Shown here: positions 25,040 to 38,195 of the stretch, piece by piece
How positions within the stretch are numbered: position 1 is the first letter of the stretch
Layout: every line of letters begins with the position of its first letter
Assembly: GCF_006345805.1 (NCBI RefSeq)
Contig: NC_043016.1
Coordinates: forward strand, 13,950,001-14,014,000
Direction of reading: 5' to 3'
Origin: Octopus sinensis
Lineage: Eukaryota
DNA length: 64,000 nt
The notes under the pieces: generated by a model
Databases searched by the model: none
What the model was told of the DNA's origin: nothing
The model's input: the letters and a program-made list of their open reading frames with translations, nothing else
Position numbers and translations under genes: made by a program

Positions 25040-25199
25040 ATGGGTTCGAATATGCCTTAAACAAGTTTGTATTCTTATTCATAGATACTAACCTTGAAAA
25101 AATAATAAGATTTGTTATGTTCTCAGATATACTTAAATATTGGGTCATTCCATAATTAATGCAATTTTTTATATTTCTTTTATTTTTCAAAATTAAAAT

Positions 25200-25900
25200 A
25201 AACAAAGTTCTTTTTTAATCTAAAATATACTCTCCTTTATTTTCTACAATGCTCTTCCATCTATCTGGTAGCCTTGCAAGGCCCCTCTTTCAAAATTCAC
25301 TTGTCCAGGATGAAAAATACCTCTCCAGTACTATTCTGACCTTGTCTACAGAATTCATATTTTTTCCATCCAAATGATTTTGAAGACTCTAGAATAAATG
25401 AAAATCAGATGGGGCAATGTCTGGTGAATATGGTGAGTGGGGCATCGTTTCCCATTCCAACTGATCCAGCTTTTGGAATGTCATCCTCACTAAGAATTAT
25501 CCTGATGGAAGAACACCTTTTGTCTTGAAACCAAAGATGGTCATTTTCTGATGCCATGCAGGTATCTATGAATGATTGAATGACCAAATCCAAGCTTCTC
25601 TGCTAGTTCTTCAACAGTTACCAGAGTTTGCATGTTGAGCTCTAAAGATCTTCCAAGATGAGACTCGTCTCCTAGGCTGTAGTTTCTGGCTCTGAATTTC
25701 TGGAATCACTCTTGACACTGGCTTACACTTATTGTCCAAACCCCATATACTGCATTAATATTCCTGGCACTTTCAGTAGCATTGTTGCTTTTATTGAACT
25801 CATAAAGCAAAATATGTCAAATATGCCCCTTTGTCACTTCCATAATAGCTTTGAAAAAAATAACTGTTAAATTCGAACTGCACTCTTTAAAACTTGAACT
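25200..25900 (-). mobile_element. Internally deleted mariner relic
   Basis: WETMPHSPYSPDIAPSDFHLF*SLQNHL, matching the mariner YSPDLAP motif. Confidence 0.85.
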
Positions 25901-26699
25901 AGGAATAAGTACAAGATAAAATTTCTACCTGCTTTTATAGCAAGTTGATACAGGTAGTTTATCCCATCCCCCCTCCAACTTTTAGTTCATGCAATTGAAA
26001 AAAACCACATTATTTATGGGATGACCCAATATTTATGGTCAGTAACACTAAAACATTTAGTACCATTCAGAAGATTCAGTTTGGGCTGCATTGCTAAACA
26101 ATGGTTGGATGATATATATTTAAGAGCACAACGTGGGCCATTCACATGCTTTTGGCTCCTGCTTATAACATTAAATATATAGTGCTGCAACACATGAAGT
26201 GTCAGTCAGTTCTCATTTGTTAAAGAGACTTAAAACTGTCACAAATTGGTTAAACAAAATAGATTCTATTACATATTTGCTTGACATCAAATTCAGAATA
26301 AGAAAATTATCAAATTGGTACCTAAATTAGATCACTAAAACCCTTTTGCTGACCTTGGAACGAGAAGACAAGTCACTAAGTCACTAAGTCACTGAAAAGG
26401 TCACAAACGGTAATGAAAAGATTTTGACTAACAAATAACCAATTGATTATTTAACCAGCTCATTAAACAAACAATTGCTTAGTTAGTTGGTTAGATATTC
26501 AACCAGTTGACTAACGATAGAGAAGTGGAATTGAACCAGTGGCATAATGACTCTTTCAAGACACAACAAAACATCATTTCAAGATTTTAACAAATGTAAG
26601 AGAATGTCCCAAAATAAAATCACATCCCAAAGAACCACTGAATTTTCAGTCAGTTTTTAAATATCCTTACAAATTAAAACAGTTCCCTTAAGTGCCTTT

Positions 26700-27800
26700 A
26701 TTTTCCGCTACCTACCATTTTACTGTACTCACTCCATTAACAATAACCCTCTCCAATACCTTAAACTGACCACAGTATTTTCCATAAAGTCAGTTCCAGT
26801 GGAGACTTGCTCTCCAATGTCATTCACATTGTTGTTGTTGTTCTCAGTGTCAATAGAGTATTCATTAACGTCTGATATATGAATTTCTTGGCAAAATTGT
26901 GCACCAATAGGCTCCATCTCTTCCTTGTGTCTTGGAACCACAGCGTCCAATCAGATCACACCATCACAGTATGTGCTGACAGAACCCTTTTTGACCCATT
27001 TTCTTTCGATCTTGGGGTGTCCCAGGATTTTGATTTATTCTCTGCACTTTTCTTTCTATACCTCAATGATCTACTGATCCTTGTCTCAACAATGCTCACC
27101 TCTACACTGATTGTACCACTTTTTATTCCTTTCTAACCTTCCAAACTCAGGTGTCATCCACATACAAACTAGACACAATATACCAAACCCACATTAATCC
27201 TTTCAACAGAGACCTTGAAAGTATTTTCCAGTGGGATCACGCCAAGCTCTTTCCCTTCAAGAGTACAAAGACAGAATCACTAACATAATATTGGTTTCAA
27301 ATTTTGGCACAAGGCCAGCAATATCTGGGGAGAATGTAAGTCAATTACATCAACCACAGTGCTCAACTGGTACTTATTTTATCGACTCTGAAAAGATGAA
27401 AGACAAACCTCAGCAGAATTTGAACTCAGATCATAAAGATGGATGAAATGCCACTAAACATTTTGCCTGGCGTGCTAACGATTCTGCCAGCTCACTGCCT
27501 TATCACTATTCATTATTAAGAAAACATTATAGTAGTTTTCTTCCTGAACCATACACAACACACAACTAAAAACTTCAAGGTCACTACAAATACTTAATCT
27601 TTCCATCACTGATGAACTTCCAGCTGAATATACTCTCACAACAAAGACTACATGACAATGACTAGATTTTCTCTTCAGAGCCATAAAATGCTTCAACCTT
27701 CAACAACCAGTTAATTTTTTATAAAGCTAAGATGAAATCTACAATAGCATATTGCTCCTGCATATGGGATGGTGCTGCTGTTACGTTCTTCAAAGAAATG
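26700..27800 (+). mobile_element. CR1/L2-group LINE RT relic (interrupted by a SINE fragment)
   Basis: SSGDLLSNV..., LGVSQD..LFSALFFLYLNDL and AYCSCIWDG-like motifs occur in the expected order. Confidence 0.65.
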
Positions 27801-27919
27801 CTACTTGATTGATTGGTATAAAGTCATTCACCTACATACAAACATGTTATATTCTCTATCACTCTCTTTCTCTCTCTCATATACATACATACATACATAT
27901 ATATATATATAGATAGATA

Positions 27920-28145
27920 TAAGGCGAGCTGGCAGAAGTGTTAGCGCCGGGCGAAATGCTTAGCGGTATTTCATCTGCCGTTACCTTCTTAGTTCAAATT
28001 CTGCCGAAGTCGACTTTGCCTTTCATCCTTTCGGGGTCGATAAATAAAGTACCAGTTACACACTGGGGTCGATGCAATTGACTTAATCCCTTTGTCTGTC
28101 CTTGTTTGTCCCCTCTATGTTTAGCCCCTTGTGGGCAATAAAGAA
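27920..28145 (+). mobile_element. SINE body/3' part
   Basis: gccttcatcctttcggggtcgataaataaagtaccag-type core seen in about ten other fragments in the window. Confidence 0.7.
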
Positions 28146-28458
28146 ATATATATATATAGAGAGAGAGAGAGAGCAATAAGAAAATGGAGGGGCTCAATAG
28201 GTGGTTCTTCAACTTTTAAACATTATATTATGTCAATTTATTTATTTATTTACTAAAATGACAATTACAAGAATATACATACATGTATAGCATATGCTTT
28301 ACATATAAAATATATTAATATATAAAGATACCAGTAATTATTAAAATACAGGAATATAAATTGGGACAATAACTTACAGCTGTTTCGGCCAAGAGGCAAA
28401 AATACCTCATTCTACCTTTATTCCTCCAGTAGACTGAAGTAATAATTAGATGAAATAG

Positions 28459-28494
<36 letters not shown>

Positions 28495-28551
28495 CTATAT
28501 GCATCTATGTATGTGTGTATATATATATGTGTATATATATATGTGTATATA

Positions 28552-28595
<44 letters not shown>

Positions 28596-28818
28596 TGATT
28601 GATTGATTCTAGTTTCAGCTTATTATAATAATAATAAATATTAGGGAATAAATCCAAACTTATGGGTTTCCTACCTTATAAATTAAAGTTAATATTTAAC
28701 ATTATAGTCGATTTCGATATAATCATATTTAATATTAGAGTTTATTATAAGTAAAATTATTATATTATATATATTATTTATATCTTAAAAATATTGATTA
28801 TATTTTAGATATTTAAAC

Positions 28819-28882
28819 CACCTGATGAATGACTGTGACTTGAAAATTTGAAGAAGTTAGCAGCCATGAAACGATCATAGTG
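28819..28882 (+). ncRNA. Degenerate hammerhead-like motif
   Basis: CAC-CTGATGA-ATGACTG...CAGCCAT-GAAA-C-gatc-A-TA-GTG. Confidence 0.4.
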
Positions 28883-29020
28883 TGATATTAATTATATTTT
28901 TTAATAATTTTGTTATATATTTAAATAATATAATTAAATAATCTTATGTATTGGCTTAAGTTTTTCATTGTTTGATTTGCCTAATAGTGGTTTTGTCTCT
29001 AATTTAATATAATATATATA

Positions 29021-29062
<42 letters not shown>

Positions 29063-29107
29063 TATATATATAATACATATACATATATATATATAATATA
29101 TATATAT

Positions 29108-30017
29108 GACGTAGTCAGCCCACCTGTGCATACCTTCCTTCTTGTGACACTTGTGAAGACCTGTTGAGGCAAGTGAAAATCAAATCAAAACAAATCAAAA
29201 TAGATGAAATCAATGGAATTTGTATCTTTGTTGTACCAGTGCCGGTGGCACACAAGAAAACCATCCGAACGTGGCGGTAGCCAGTACTGCATCGACTGGC
29301 CTCCGTGCTGTGGGCACGTAACAAACACCATCCATTCGTGGCCGTTCGCCAGCCTCATCTGGCACCTGTGTCGGTGGCACATAAAAACACCATCCGAAGA
29401 CCCGGCAAGACTAGTCAGGCCATAACCCGTGGCCCCTACCTGGGACGTAGTCAGTCCACCTGTGCATACCTTCCTTCTTGTGACACTTGTGAAGACCTGT
29501 TGAGGCAAGTGAAAATCAAATCAAATCAAAACAAATCAAAATAGATGAACATCAATGGAATTTGTATCTTTGTGGTACCAGTGCCGGTGGCACACAAGAA
29601 AACCATCCAAACGTGGCCGTAGCCAGTACCGCATCAACTGGCCTCCTTGCTGTGGGCACGTAACAAACACCATCCGATCATGGCCGTTCGCCAGCCTCAT
29701 CTAGCACCTGTGTCGGTGGCACATAAAAACACCATCCGAGCGTGGCCGTCTGCCAGCGTCATCTAGCACTTGTGTCGGTGGCACATAAAAAGCACCATCC
29801 GAGCGTGGCCGTTCGCCAGCCTCGTCTGGCACCTGTGTCGGTGGCACATAAAATCACCCACTACACTCTCGGAGTGGTTGGTGTTAGGAAGGGCATCCAG
29901 CTGTAGAAACACTGCCAGATCTGACTGGCCTGGTGCAGCCTTCTGGCTCCCCAGACCCCAGTTGAACCGTCCAACCCATGCTAGCATGGAAAGCGGACGT
30001 TAAATGATGATGATGAT
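29108..30017 (+). mobile_element. RTE 3'UTR copy with an internal ~337-bp tandem duplication and ~60-bp repeat units
   Basis: gacgtagtcag.ccacctgtgcatacc starts at 29108 and again near 29445; it ends in a GAT tail. Confidence 0.85.
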
Positions 30018-30065
30018 ATATGTATACATATATATATGAAGATATATATATATATATATATATAT

Positions 30066-30912
30066 ATCATCATCATCATCAGTTAACGTCTCTTTTCATG
30101 CTGGCATGGGTAGGACAGTTCAGCTGGTACAGCCTACTGGCAAGCCAGTAGGCTGTACCAGCTGGATGCCCTTCCTAATAGCAACCACTCTGGGAGTGTA
30201 GTGGGTGCTTTTTATGCATCACCAGCATGGGAGCCAGTCAGGCAGTACTGGCATTGACCACATTGGGATGGTACTTTTTATGTGCCACAATTACTAGAGC
30301 CAGTTGACTGGCATCAAACACATTCGGATGGTGCTTTTTACATTCCACTGGCAGAGGGAGCCAGTCAGGTGGCACTGGCATCAGCCACAACTACAGTTTC
30401 TATTTGATTTCGATCTTGATTTGATTTTGATTTTGATTTTGATTTTGATTTTACTTGACTCAATAGGAGTTCTCAAGTGCAGCATATTGCCTAATGATTC
30501 AAGGGTACTTTTAAACGGGCAGTGACAAGTGACCGAGACCTTTGATGATATGCTGTGCTTGAGAAGAAGAGCCATCAAGCTAAATGAATCTGTAGTCACG
30601 GTCGATGCTAGTGTCACGTAACAGACCTTTGGTAATATGCTGTGCTTGAGAAGACTGGACAAGCCAAGTGAAATTGTAGTTGTGGCTGTTGCTGATGTCA
30701 CATAACTGACTCAAGTGCTGGCAGCATGTAATAAGCACCCATCACACTCTTGGAGTGGTTGGTGTTAGGAAGGACCTGCAGCTGTAGAAATCATGCCAAA
30801 TCAGACTGGAACCTAATACAGCTCTCCAGTTTACCAATTTCAGTCAAACTGTCCAACCCATGCCAGCATGGAAAGCAGACAATGAAGGATGATGATGATG
30901 ATGATGATGATG
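30066..30912. mobile_element. Adjacent RTE 3'UTR copies in opposite orientation (minus 30066-30720, plus 30735-30912)
   Basis: Tail consensus appears on both strands. Confidence 0.7.
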
Positions 30913-31039
30913 ATATATATATATATATATATATAATAGATAAGGATTCAAGTGAATCAGACACTTAAATGCTAAGGCACCAGGTCTAAAAATTCATTGA
31001 AACAGTTGTAGTGAACATATACACAGACACACATATATA

Positions 31040-32314
31040 TCAGGTTGAGTAAAAAGTAAGCAATGTTTTTATCCATGAAGAATTTGTACCGAATATTTGA
31101 AGAGTTTTGAAATATTTTCTAACAGTTTTTTGCAATTGTCTGATAATACAGATATAGACTTGCCCAAATGCATCAATATATTAACATTGATATTTTTTTC
31201 ACCATTGTTACAATCTGAAATGGAACTGTCAAAGCACGATATTTGAACAATTTTGCTATTCAACTTCAAAACAGGACATAAAACAGCTGAAACTGCTCAT
31301 GATATCAACGAAACATTTGGTGAGGAAATGACCAGTGAGTGGTCAGCTTAAAAAAAGTTGAAACGGTTTCACAGTGGAGACCTGAGGCTTGAAGATCGTG
31401 AGTGTAGTGGATGCCCATCTGTATCGATGACAGTCAATTAAATACCATCATTGAGAAAGATCCACGTAGAACCACTCGAGAACTGGCAAAAGAACTTCAA
31501 GTTAACCAGAAAAATGCATACAACCATTTGCATGCAATCAGAAAATCAAAAGAAGCTCAAGCAATGAGTACCACATGATCTGAATGAAAATCAGAAAAGG
31601 CAAAGATATGAAATTTGCTCATTGCTTCTTCTCCATAACCAGACTGATCCATTTCTTGATTATAACTTGTGATGAAAAGTAGATTCTGTACAATATTAAA
31701 AAAAACTTGCTTCCTAGCAGTTGGACCAAAATGATGCACCAAAAACCTTCCCTGAGCCCGAGCTCTTTAAAAAGAAGGTTATGGTGACTGTTTAGTGGTG
31801 TACTGCTGGACTTGTCTGCTATAACTTCTTAAAACCTGGAAAAACCATTACTGCAGAAACATATGAAATTGCCAAATTGAATGAAAAACTGCTACTCCTC
31901 CGTCCCAGACTGGTCAACAGAAGAGGGCCAATCATTCCTCGTGAAAGTGCTCGACCACATGTTTCACTAATGATGCTCCAGAAGTTGAGGGAACTTGGCT
32001 ACAAAGTTCTTCCCCACCCAGCTTATTCCCCAGACCTTTCTCTCACCAACTACCACTTTTTTAAAGCACCTTGATGATTTCCTGTGAGAGAAGGAGTTCA
32101 AAAATCAACCCAATGTTGAAAGTGTATTCAAAGAGTCCATCAGCTCCAGAACTCCAGATTTTTATGTTACCAGAATAAACAAACTTGTAACTCGTTGGCA
32201 AAAATATGTTGGTTGTGATGGTACTTACTTTGATGAATAAAATTTCTGCATTGTTGAAATATATTGTGATGAATTTCATATTTAAAAACGTTGCTTTCTT
32301 TTTATGCAGCTTTA
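31040..32314 (+). mobile_element. Full-length degenerate mariner transposon (~1.28 kb)
   Basis: Imperfect ~30-bp TIRs flanked by TA. GHKTAETAHDINETFG, Q*VPHDL (WVPHEL motif) and HPAYSPDLSLTNYHFF, with multiple stops. Confidence 0.92.
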
Positions 32315-32324
32315 TATATATCAT

Positions 32325-32735
32325 CATCATCGTTTAACGTCCACTTTCCATGCTAGCATGAGTTGGATGGTTCGACCAGGGATCTGAGAAGCCAGAAGGC
32401 TGCATCAGGCTCCAGTCTTATCTGGCAATGTTTCTACAGCTGGATGCCCTTCCTAACGCCAACCACTCCGTGAGTGTAGTGGGTGTTTTTTATGTGCCAC
32501 CTGTACAGGTGCCAGGCGAGGCTGGCATCGACCACGGTCGGATTGGTGCATTTTACGTGCCACCGGCACGGAAGCCAGTCGAGGCGGCGCTGGCATCGGC
32601 CACGATTCGGATAGTGCTTTTTACGTACCACCAGTCCAGGGGTCCTGGCATCTGCCAGGTGCCAGTCATAGGATTGGTTCAATTTCGATTCCGATTTCGA
32701 TTTTGATTTCACTTGCACCAACAGGTCTTCGCAAG
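32325..32735 (-). mobile_element. RTE 3'UTR/tail copy
   Basis: Reverse complement of the 29.4-30.0 kb copy. Confidence 0.85.
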
Positions 32736-32825
32736 CAATATATATATATATACCGGAATAAGCATATAAATATAAAACAAGGTAGGAAAAAATAGTACTT
32801 GAATACTGAAGGTAAAATAGTATAG

Positions 32826-32982
32826 TTTATTAACAGAGCTGCAAAAACATCACAAAAAAACTGCTGCTGAGGGTTTCATGTTCCCGTTCATTGTGATTCT
32901 GAATCACAACTGTCCAACAAACGGAAACATGAAACTCTGAGAAGCAGTTTTTTTGTTATGTTTTTGCAGCTTTATTAATAAA
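32826..32982. repeat. Fold-back element (~60-bp arms, inner 9-bp hairpin)
   Basis: tttattaacagagctgcaaaaacat... / ...atgtttttgcagctttattaataaa, with ttgtgattc-t-gaatcacaa in the loop. Confidence 0.85.
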
Positions 32983-33210
32983 GTACACACAATACACACA
33001 CACACAACACACACACAACACACACAACACACACACACAAACACACATATTGTCAGTGGATCATATATCTGAAAAAGAAGCACTCTCTGAACATTGGAGC
33101 AGTAATGTATTTATAGGAAGTTAATTATATGTCCAGTCATAGAGTGACCAATAGTTTCACATCCATAAAGCGCTTAGCCTTATAGATAACTCATCAGTAT
33201 ATATAACAAA

Positions 33211-33591
33211 GTGGAGGCGCAATGGCCCAGTGGTTAGGGCAGCGGACTCGCGGTCATAGGATTGCGGTTTCGATTCCCAGACCGGGTGTTGTGAGTGTTT
33301 ATTGAGCGAAAACACCTAAAAGTTCCACGAGGCTCCGGCTGGGGATGGTGGTGATCCCTGCTGTACTCTTTCACCACAACTTTCTCTCACTCTTACTTCC
33401 TGTTTCTGTTGTACCTGTATTTCAAAGGGCCGGCCTTGTCACTCTCTGTGTCACGCTGAATATCTCCGAGAACTACGTTAAGGGTACACGTGTCTATGGA
33501 GTGCCCAGCCACTTACATGTTAATTTCACGAGCAGGCTGTTCCGTTGATTCGGATCAACCGGAACCCTCGTCGTCGTAACCGACGGAGTGC
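33211..33591 (+). mobile_element. Young tRNA-derived SINE
   Basis: A box tggcccagtgg, B box ggtttcgattcc; near-identical to the reverse complement of 16583-16962. Confidence 0.9.
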
Positions 33592-34189
33592 TAGAAGAAG
33601 TAGAATATATAACAAAGCAAGAAAATGGAAATATTTTGGTATTATTTATTCTCCGTTTCACATTTTTCATTTGGTAATAGGAATGACAAAGGAACATTAT
33701 ATGATTTCTCCCAATCTGAAGATTTTCTGATAGGAAATTCCTTATATGTCTATATAGCATGGAACCCATTGTAATTATTATTAACAAATGAGACACATTT
33801 AATGGTGAATAAATAATGCAAAAAAATTTCTATTTTCCCATTTTGTTATCCAACAACTGCAAATAATATTTCCATAATTATCAATTTTAATGTATGCTTT
33901 AATTAACATACAACAGTAACTATAGAGACATATTGATTGTAATAATAGAATAAGGAGATGAGCTCCAAAGGAAACAGCTGGGATTTACCCTAACTATCTA
34001 TCAATCTATATACACACACGCGTGAGTGTATTTTTCCACCACCACTTTGTAACTTAGCAAAAGAGACTCGTAGAATATGTACCAGGCTTAAAATGAAAAG
34101 TAGTGGGAATGATTTATTCAACTAAAACCCTTCAAGGTGGAGCCCCAGAATGGATGCATTCCAGTGACTGAAACAAGTAAAAGGATAAA

Positions 34190-36480
34190 AAATACAATTC
34201 TATACATTCCTTCAAGTACATCTTCCTCCATCACTCCTTGAACTATTCACACCATAAACAACCCTTTGATCATTTCTCCTCCTATATTAAAGACTTCTTC
34301 TGTCTCTCCCTTCCCTGAAGTCATCCTTTTTGGTGACTTCAATACTCATAACTCTTTAGGACTCTCACAGACATCTCATACCAATGTTGCTGGTGCAGAA
34401 GCTGAATTCCTTGCTCTTCCCATTTCTTTTCAAACAACTTGATTCACCTTCCTTGTGTATTCCAGCCCATACTATACTCATCTGGTCTGATATGCAAAAG
34501 ATGCCTTTGTCTATCACAACACCCTCAAGCTTTCTCCTATTTCCCAAACTGTAACTAATCCTTCTGGTCCCTTGCCAAAAGGATCTCCACCAACATTAGA
34601 ATCCTCCTTGTCTAAACAACAATGGCTCTGTAAGTTGTACCTTCATAGAGAAAGTTTCTACCTTTACTGCCTGCTTTGCATCTAACTGTGCACTACACAT
34701 CTTTGGCCAATCTCCTCCAAATCCACCTTCTTCCACTTCAATAGGTTTCTTTCCTCACAAACCCACACACCAATCAAGAAATAACTCTGGTTGCTTCAAA
34801 TAAACAGTACCACAATTTTTGACAATGTCCTTTCCATTACACTTCATGTGCACCACAATTTGCTCCTACATTCCCCCAAACTCTTTAATCTGTCATTTTC
34901 TATGGGGATACATTCTGACATTTAGAAACATGCGTCATTATGCCCTATTCCATAGAAAGGTAACCCCTCTGAACCATCCAACTATTTTCCTATTCTAACA
35001 TCTCTAAAACAATGTTGACAGCTATTAACAATAGCATTCCTTAACATCTAGAAATTCTCTTTCCCTTCAGCACAGCTTCTGCAGAACCAGATTCACAGGA
35101 AACCAATTTTTATATGCCATTCACCAGTGGGCTCCTGCTTTAGAAAAATTTTGGTAAAAGCAATGCTGAGGATCTAAATGTCAACAAAGCTTTTGATTGT
35201 GTCTAACACAAAATTTCCTGCTTATGAGCTCTATCTATGTCTTATTTCTTAACCCTTTCATTACTAACCCAGCTGAAACCAGCTCTGGCTCTGAGTACAA
35301 ATATCTTGTTTTCATAAGTTTTGAATTAAAATCTTCCACCAAACCTTAGTCACAATTTATATTCCTAACACTAGCTTAAAAGTAACTAAGTTATTGTACT
35401 AAATTCTTTGTTGTATTTAAAATTGATTGAAAGAAACACAGAGCATCTCAACAGAAAAACTGTAACAAAAGGGTTAATCAAATTCATTCCCTGCTGTTGA
35501 TGTGGCTCTTTTCATCTCATCCTTAATCAACTCTGGTGTCCTTCAGGATTGATTGGACCATCCGATTCTCTTCTTCCTTTAACATCCTTCTATTTGCTGC
35601 AACAATATTCATTTTTATGTAATCAACACAACTTTTCATCTATTTTTTTCCTTGACCATACATTGTCCATATTGATTCCTTAAACAAAGACATGGAGAGC
35701 ATTGAGACCATGCCAACTATTGTTGGCATTGGGACCATACCGTTTTTTTCTTCTTAGCAGTAAAGAAAACAAACTCAAACATTAATCAAGAAAACACTAC
35801 CTCACTACGCCCACTCTAGACATGTACAGCTAGAGTTGCAATAGGTTAGTCCACATTACTCCATGGGGAGTATAGGGCAAGTTTCCCCAGTTTCTCTGGC
35901 GTATACAGTCCTTCCTGGACGGGACGCTGGTCCATTTTTAACAGCTGAGAGAACTGGAACAACATGAAATGAAATGTTTTGCACAAAAACACAAAGCATC
36001 GCCTAGACCAGGAATCGAAACCACAATCTTAGGATCACAAGTCCAGCAACCTAACCACTAAGTCATCCGCCTCCACAAGAGCTGCTTTAGTCACTCCAAA
36101 TGCTAGGATTTAATATCGCATTAGATCTCACCTGGAAAATAAACCCACATCTTTAGCATAGCTAAGATTGTATAGAAAAATACTGACTCTTTTCAGTCCT
36201 CGACAGCTGCTGACACTTAACAAATCTCAAGTGGGGCCCACGGTGGAGAAGTGCTCCCGCATCAAGGATAGTATCTAGCGCTAGACGAACATTTTGGACT
36301 GCATCTAAGTGAAGCCCCACTCAGATGATTGGCATTCAATCACGAATAGACACGCTCCTGCCCCTCGATTTCACTGTCTCTTCTCTTGGTCTTCTCTATC
36401 GTTATTACAATGGCCTCTGTGTATCCTGGAAGCTCGACGGTCTCACTTCTCCACATCTTAAATACCAGTAACCCACAGAC
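34190..36480 (+). mobile_element. Fragmented CR1/L2-group LINE with nested MITE and SINE
   Basis: FGDFN (APE), VNKAFDCV (RT) and KSQV...LLYRYYNG-like C-terminal motifs. Confidence 0.65.
35253..35473. mobile_element. piggyBac-type MITE
   Basis: TTAA|CCCTTT...AAAGGG|TTAA (TSD at 35249-35252 and 35474-35477). Confidence 0.8.
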
Positions 36481-36719
36481 AAAGCATGTAAAATAAAAAA
36501 CAAAAATGTGTTTGTACTGTGTATATAGGTACGGTAGTACAGTGTTGTATAATTATATATAGTGTCGGTACTACATAAGTATGATAGTAGTTGTACTGCA
36601 TATACAAGTACGACAGTATAGTGTTAGTATTATATAGTTATAATAGTAGTGTTTGTATCATATCGATACGATGATATAAAGTTTGTACTGTGAATTGATA
36701 TGACAATAAAGTGTTTGCT

Positions 36720-37230
36720 GTAAATATTTAACTTCGGCATCAACTCTGATCGAACACATCTACAATCAAACACGCTTCGGCCATGACTCTCACGTGTATT
36801 TGTGTAACGGCGACTGTATTAAGGAGAAAGGATTTAAATTTCGTGATTTGGCTGCAATTTCCATTAGATTAAACTACCTCGAAGAGGCTGCTTCAAAGAT
36901 AAAACACTCGTATTTCTTAAATTTCTTAGTATACTGTTTACATTATACAAAAGGTATGATTAATAATGTTAAACACACATTTCACAAATGACATATCCAT
37001 TTATTAAATACATGCACATCTGCTACACCGTGTGCAGTAATATCCCACGCATTAAAATGTCCGAACGTGATATATATATATATAACGGGGGAGGCTGGTT
37101 TACTCTGTTACCCTGGGTGAGATACTAAGGATACCCCATGAACCGGCCTCCTCATTATAATATTAACTGCTCTGCATCTTAGAGTGTGCTTCTCTCCCGG
37201 AGTTGTTTTCTACAAACGATATATATATAT

Positions 37231-37286
<56 letters not shown>

Positions 37287-38000
37287 TATATAGATTTTCA
37301 AAGTGGAAAAATTTACAGATTTTTTCTCTTACGAGGTTTTTCACGCTAACTACTGATAATTTCTTATAAAGATTTTATCCTTAATTTCAAATATATATAT
37401 ATATATATAGATAACACTATCAAGAAGGAGAATGGTTTTATAAATATATAAATATTTTATCAAATACGTGAACAGTTTTCACACAATTTGTTTCCCGGGC
37501 GCATTTTCTCAAGAACCTGCTATGCCATAATTTACTTTTAGCTTTTATTACTTGACAATATTTTAATTTTTTTTTTACACCATTATTCTTTGCCAAATAA
37601 TGATGATGCACTGAATGACTACCGACAGATAAACACCTCAATATTATCTAGATAGCTTCTAATAATAACAGTAATCTTAAAAACGTGACACAAAAGCATC
37701 GACGATATTTCTTTGTTCGTCAAGGTTAATGTAATTATTAAATTAAATTACAATCCGAGTGTGGTTATCTCCCTTGGTTATTTATAAAAGCAGACAGAAA
37801 AAAAGAATGAACAGCTGGAAGAAAGTTAGTATTAGTATGACTGAAAAGAATAAGGGAGAGTACCTTTCCATGAGAAAACTAGATACCAGTTGGCATGACG
37901 AGCCTACTTTGACAAATACGACACCGGACCTTGTTATCCGGCTTCCAGAAATCCTGAAACCTTGTACCATATTGGGCAATACCCAGTATTGAGAACACAA
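36720..38000. promoter_or_regulatory. CpG-retaining unique region, possible promoter or 5' end of an unidentified gene
   Basis: About 10 CpGs in 36720-36920 and a cluster at 37890-37950 in otherwise CpG-poor non-repeat DNA. No confident exon. Confidence 0.25.
37081..37160. mobile_element. Tiny hairpin MITE
   Basis: tataacgggggaggctggtt ... aaccggcctcctcattata imperfect TIRs. Confidence 0.55.
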
Positions 38001-38195
38001 ACCCTATTTTTATTAAAGTTGTTTAATTTGCATATGGCGAGTTAAAAGCAGTTTTGATTCCCAGTTTTTTTAAATGAATTGAATAAAGTTAAACACTCTG
38101 CTTTAAAAGTGTATTAATTTGTTACTGTATCTGTTGAATAAAATCATATTCTTTACTTTTCTTCCTTCAATTTTCACTCTGTAAATATTTTATTC

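Noticed and set aside
26729-26950. Asn-rich minus-strand ORF with a GTGAGT donor
   Set aside because: It is the antisense of a CR1/L2 RT relic.
33211-33285. tRNA gene
   Set aside because: It has A/B boxes but no clean cloverleaf, and it continues into a 380-bp repeat body present elsewhere. It is a SINE head.
36773-36781. U6/U2 snRNA-like start (cgcttcggc)
   Set aside because: Only a 9-nt match, with no downstream similarity.
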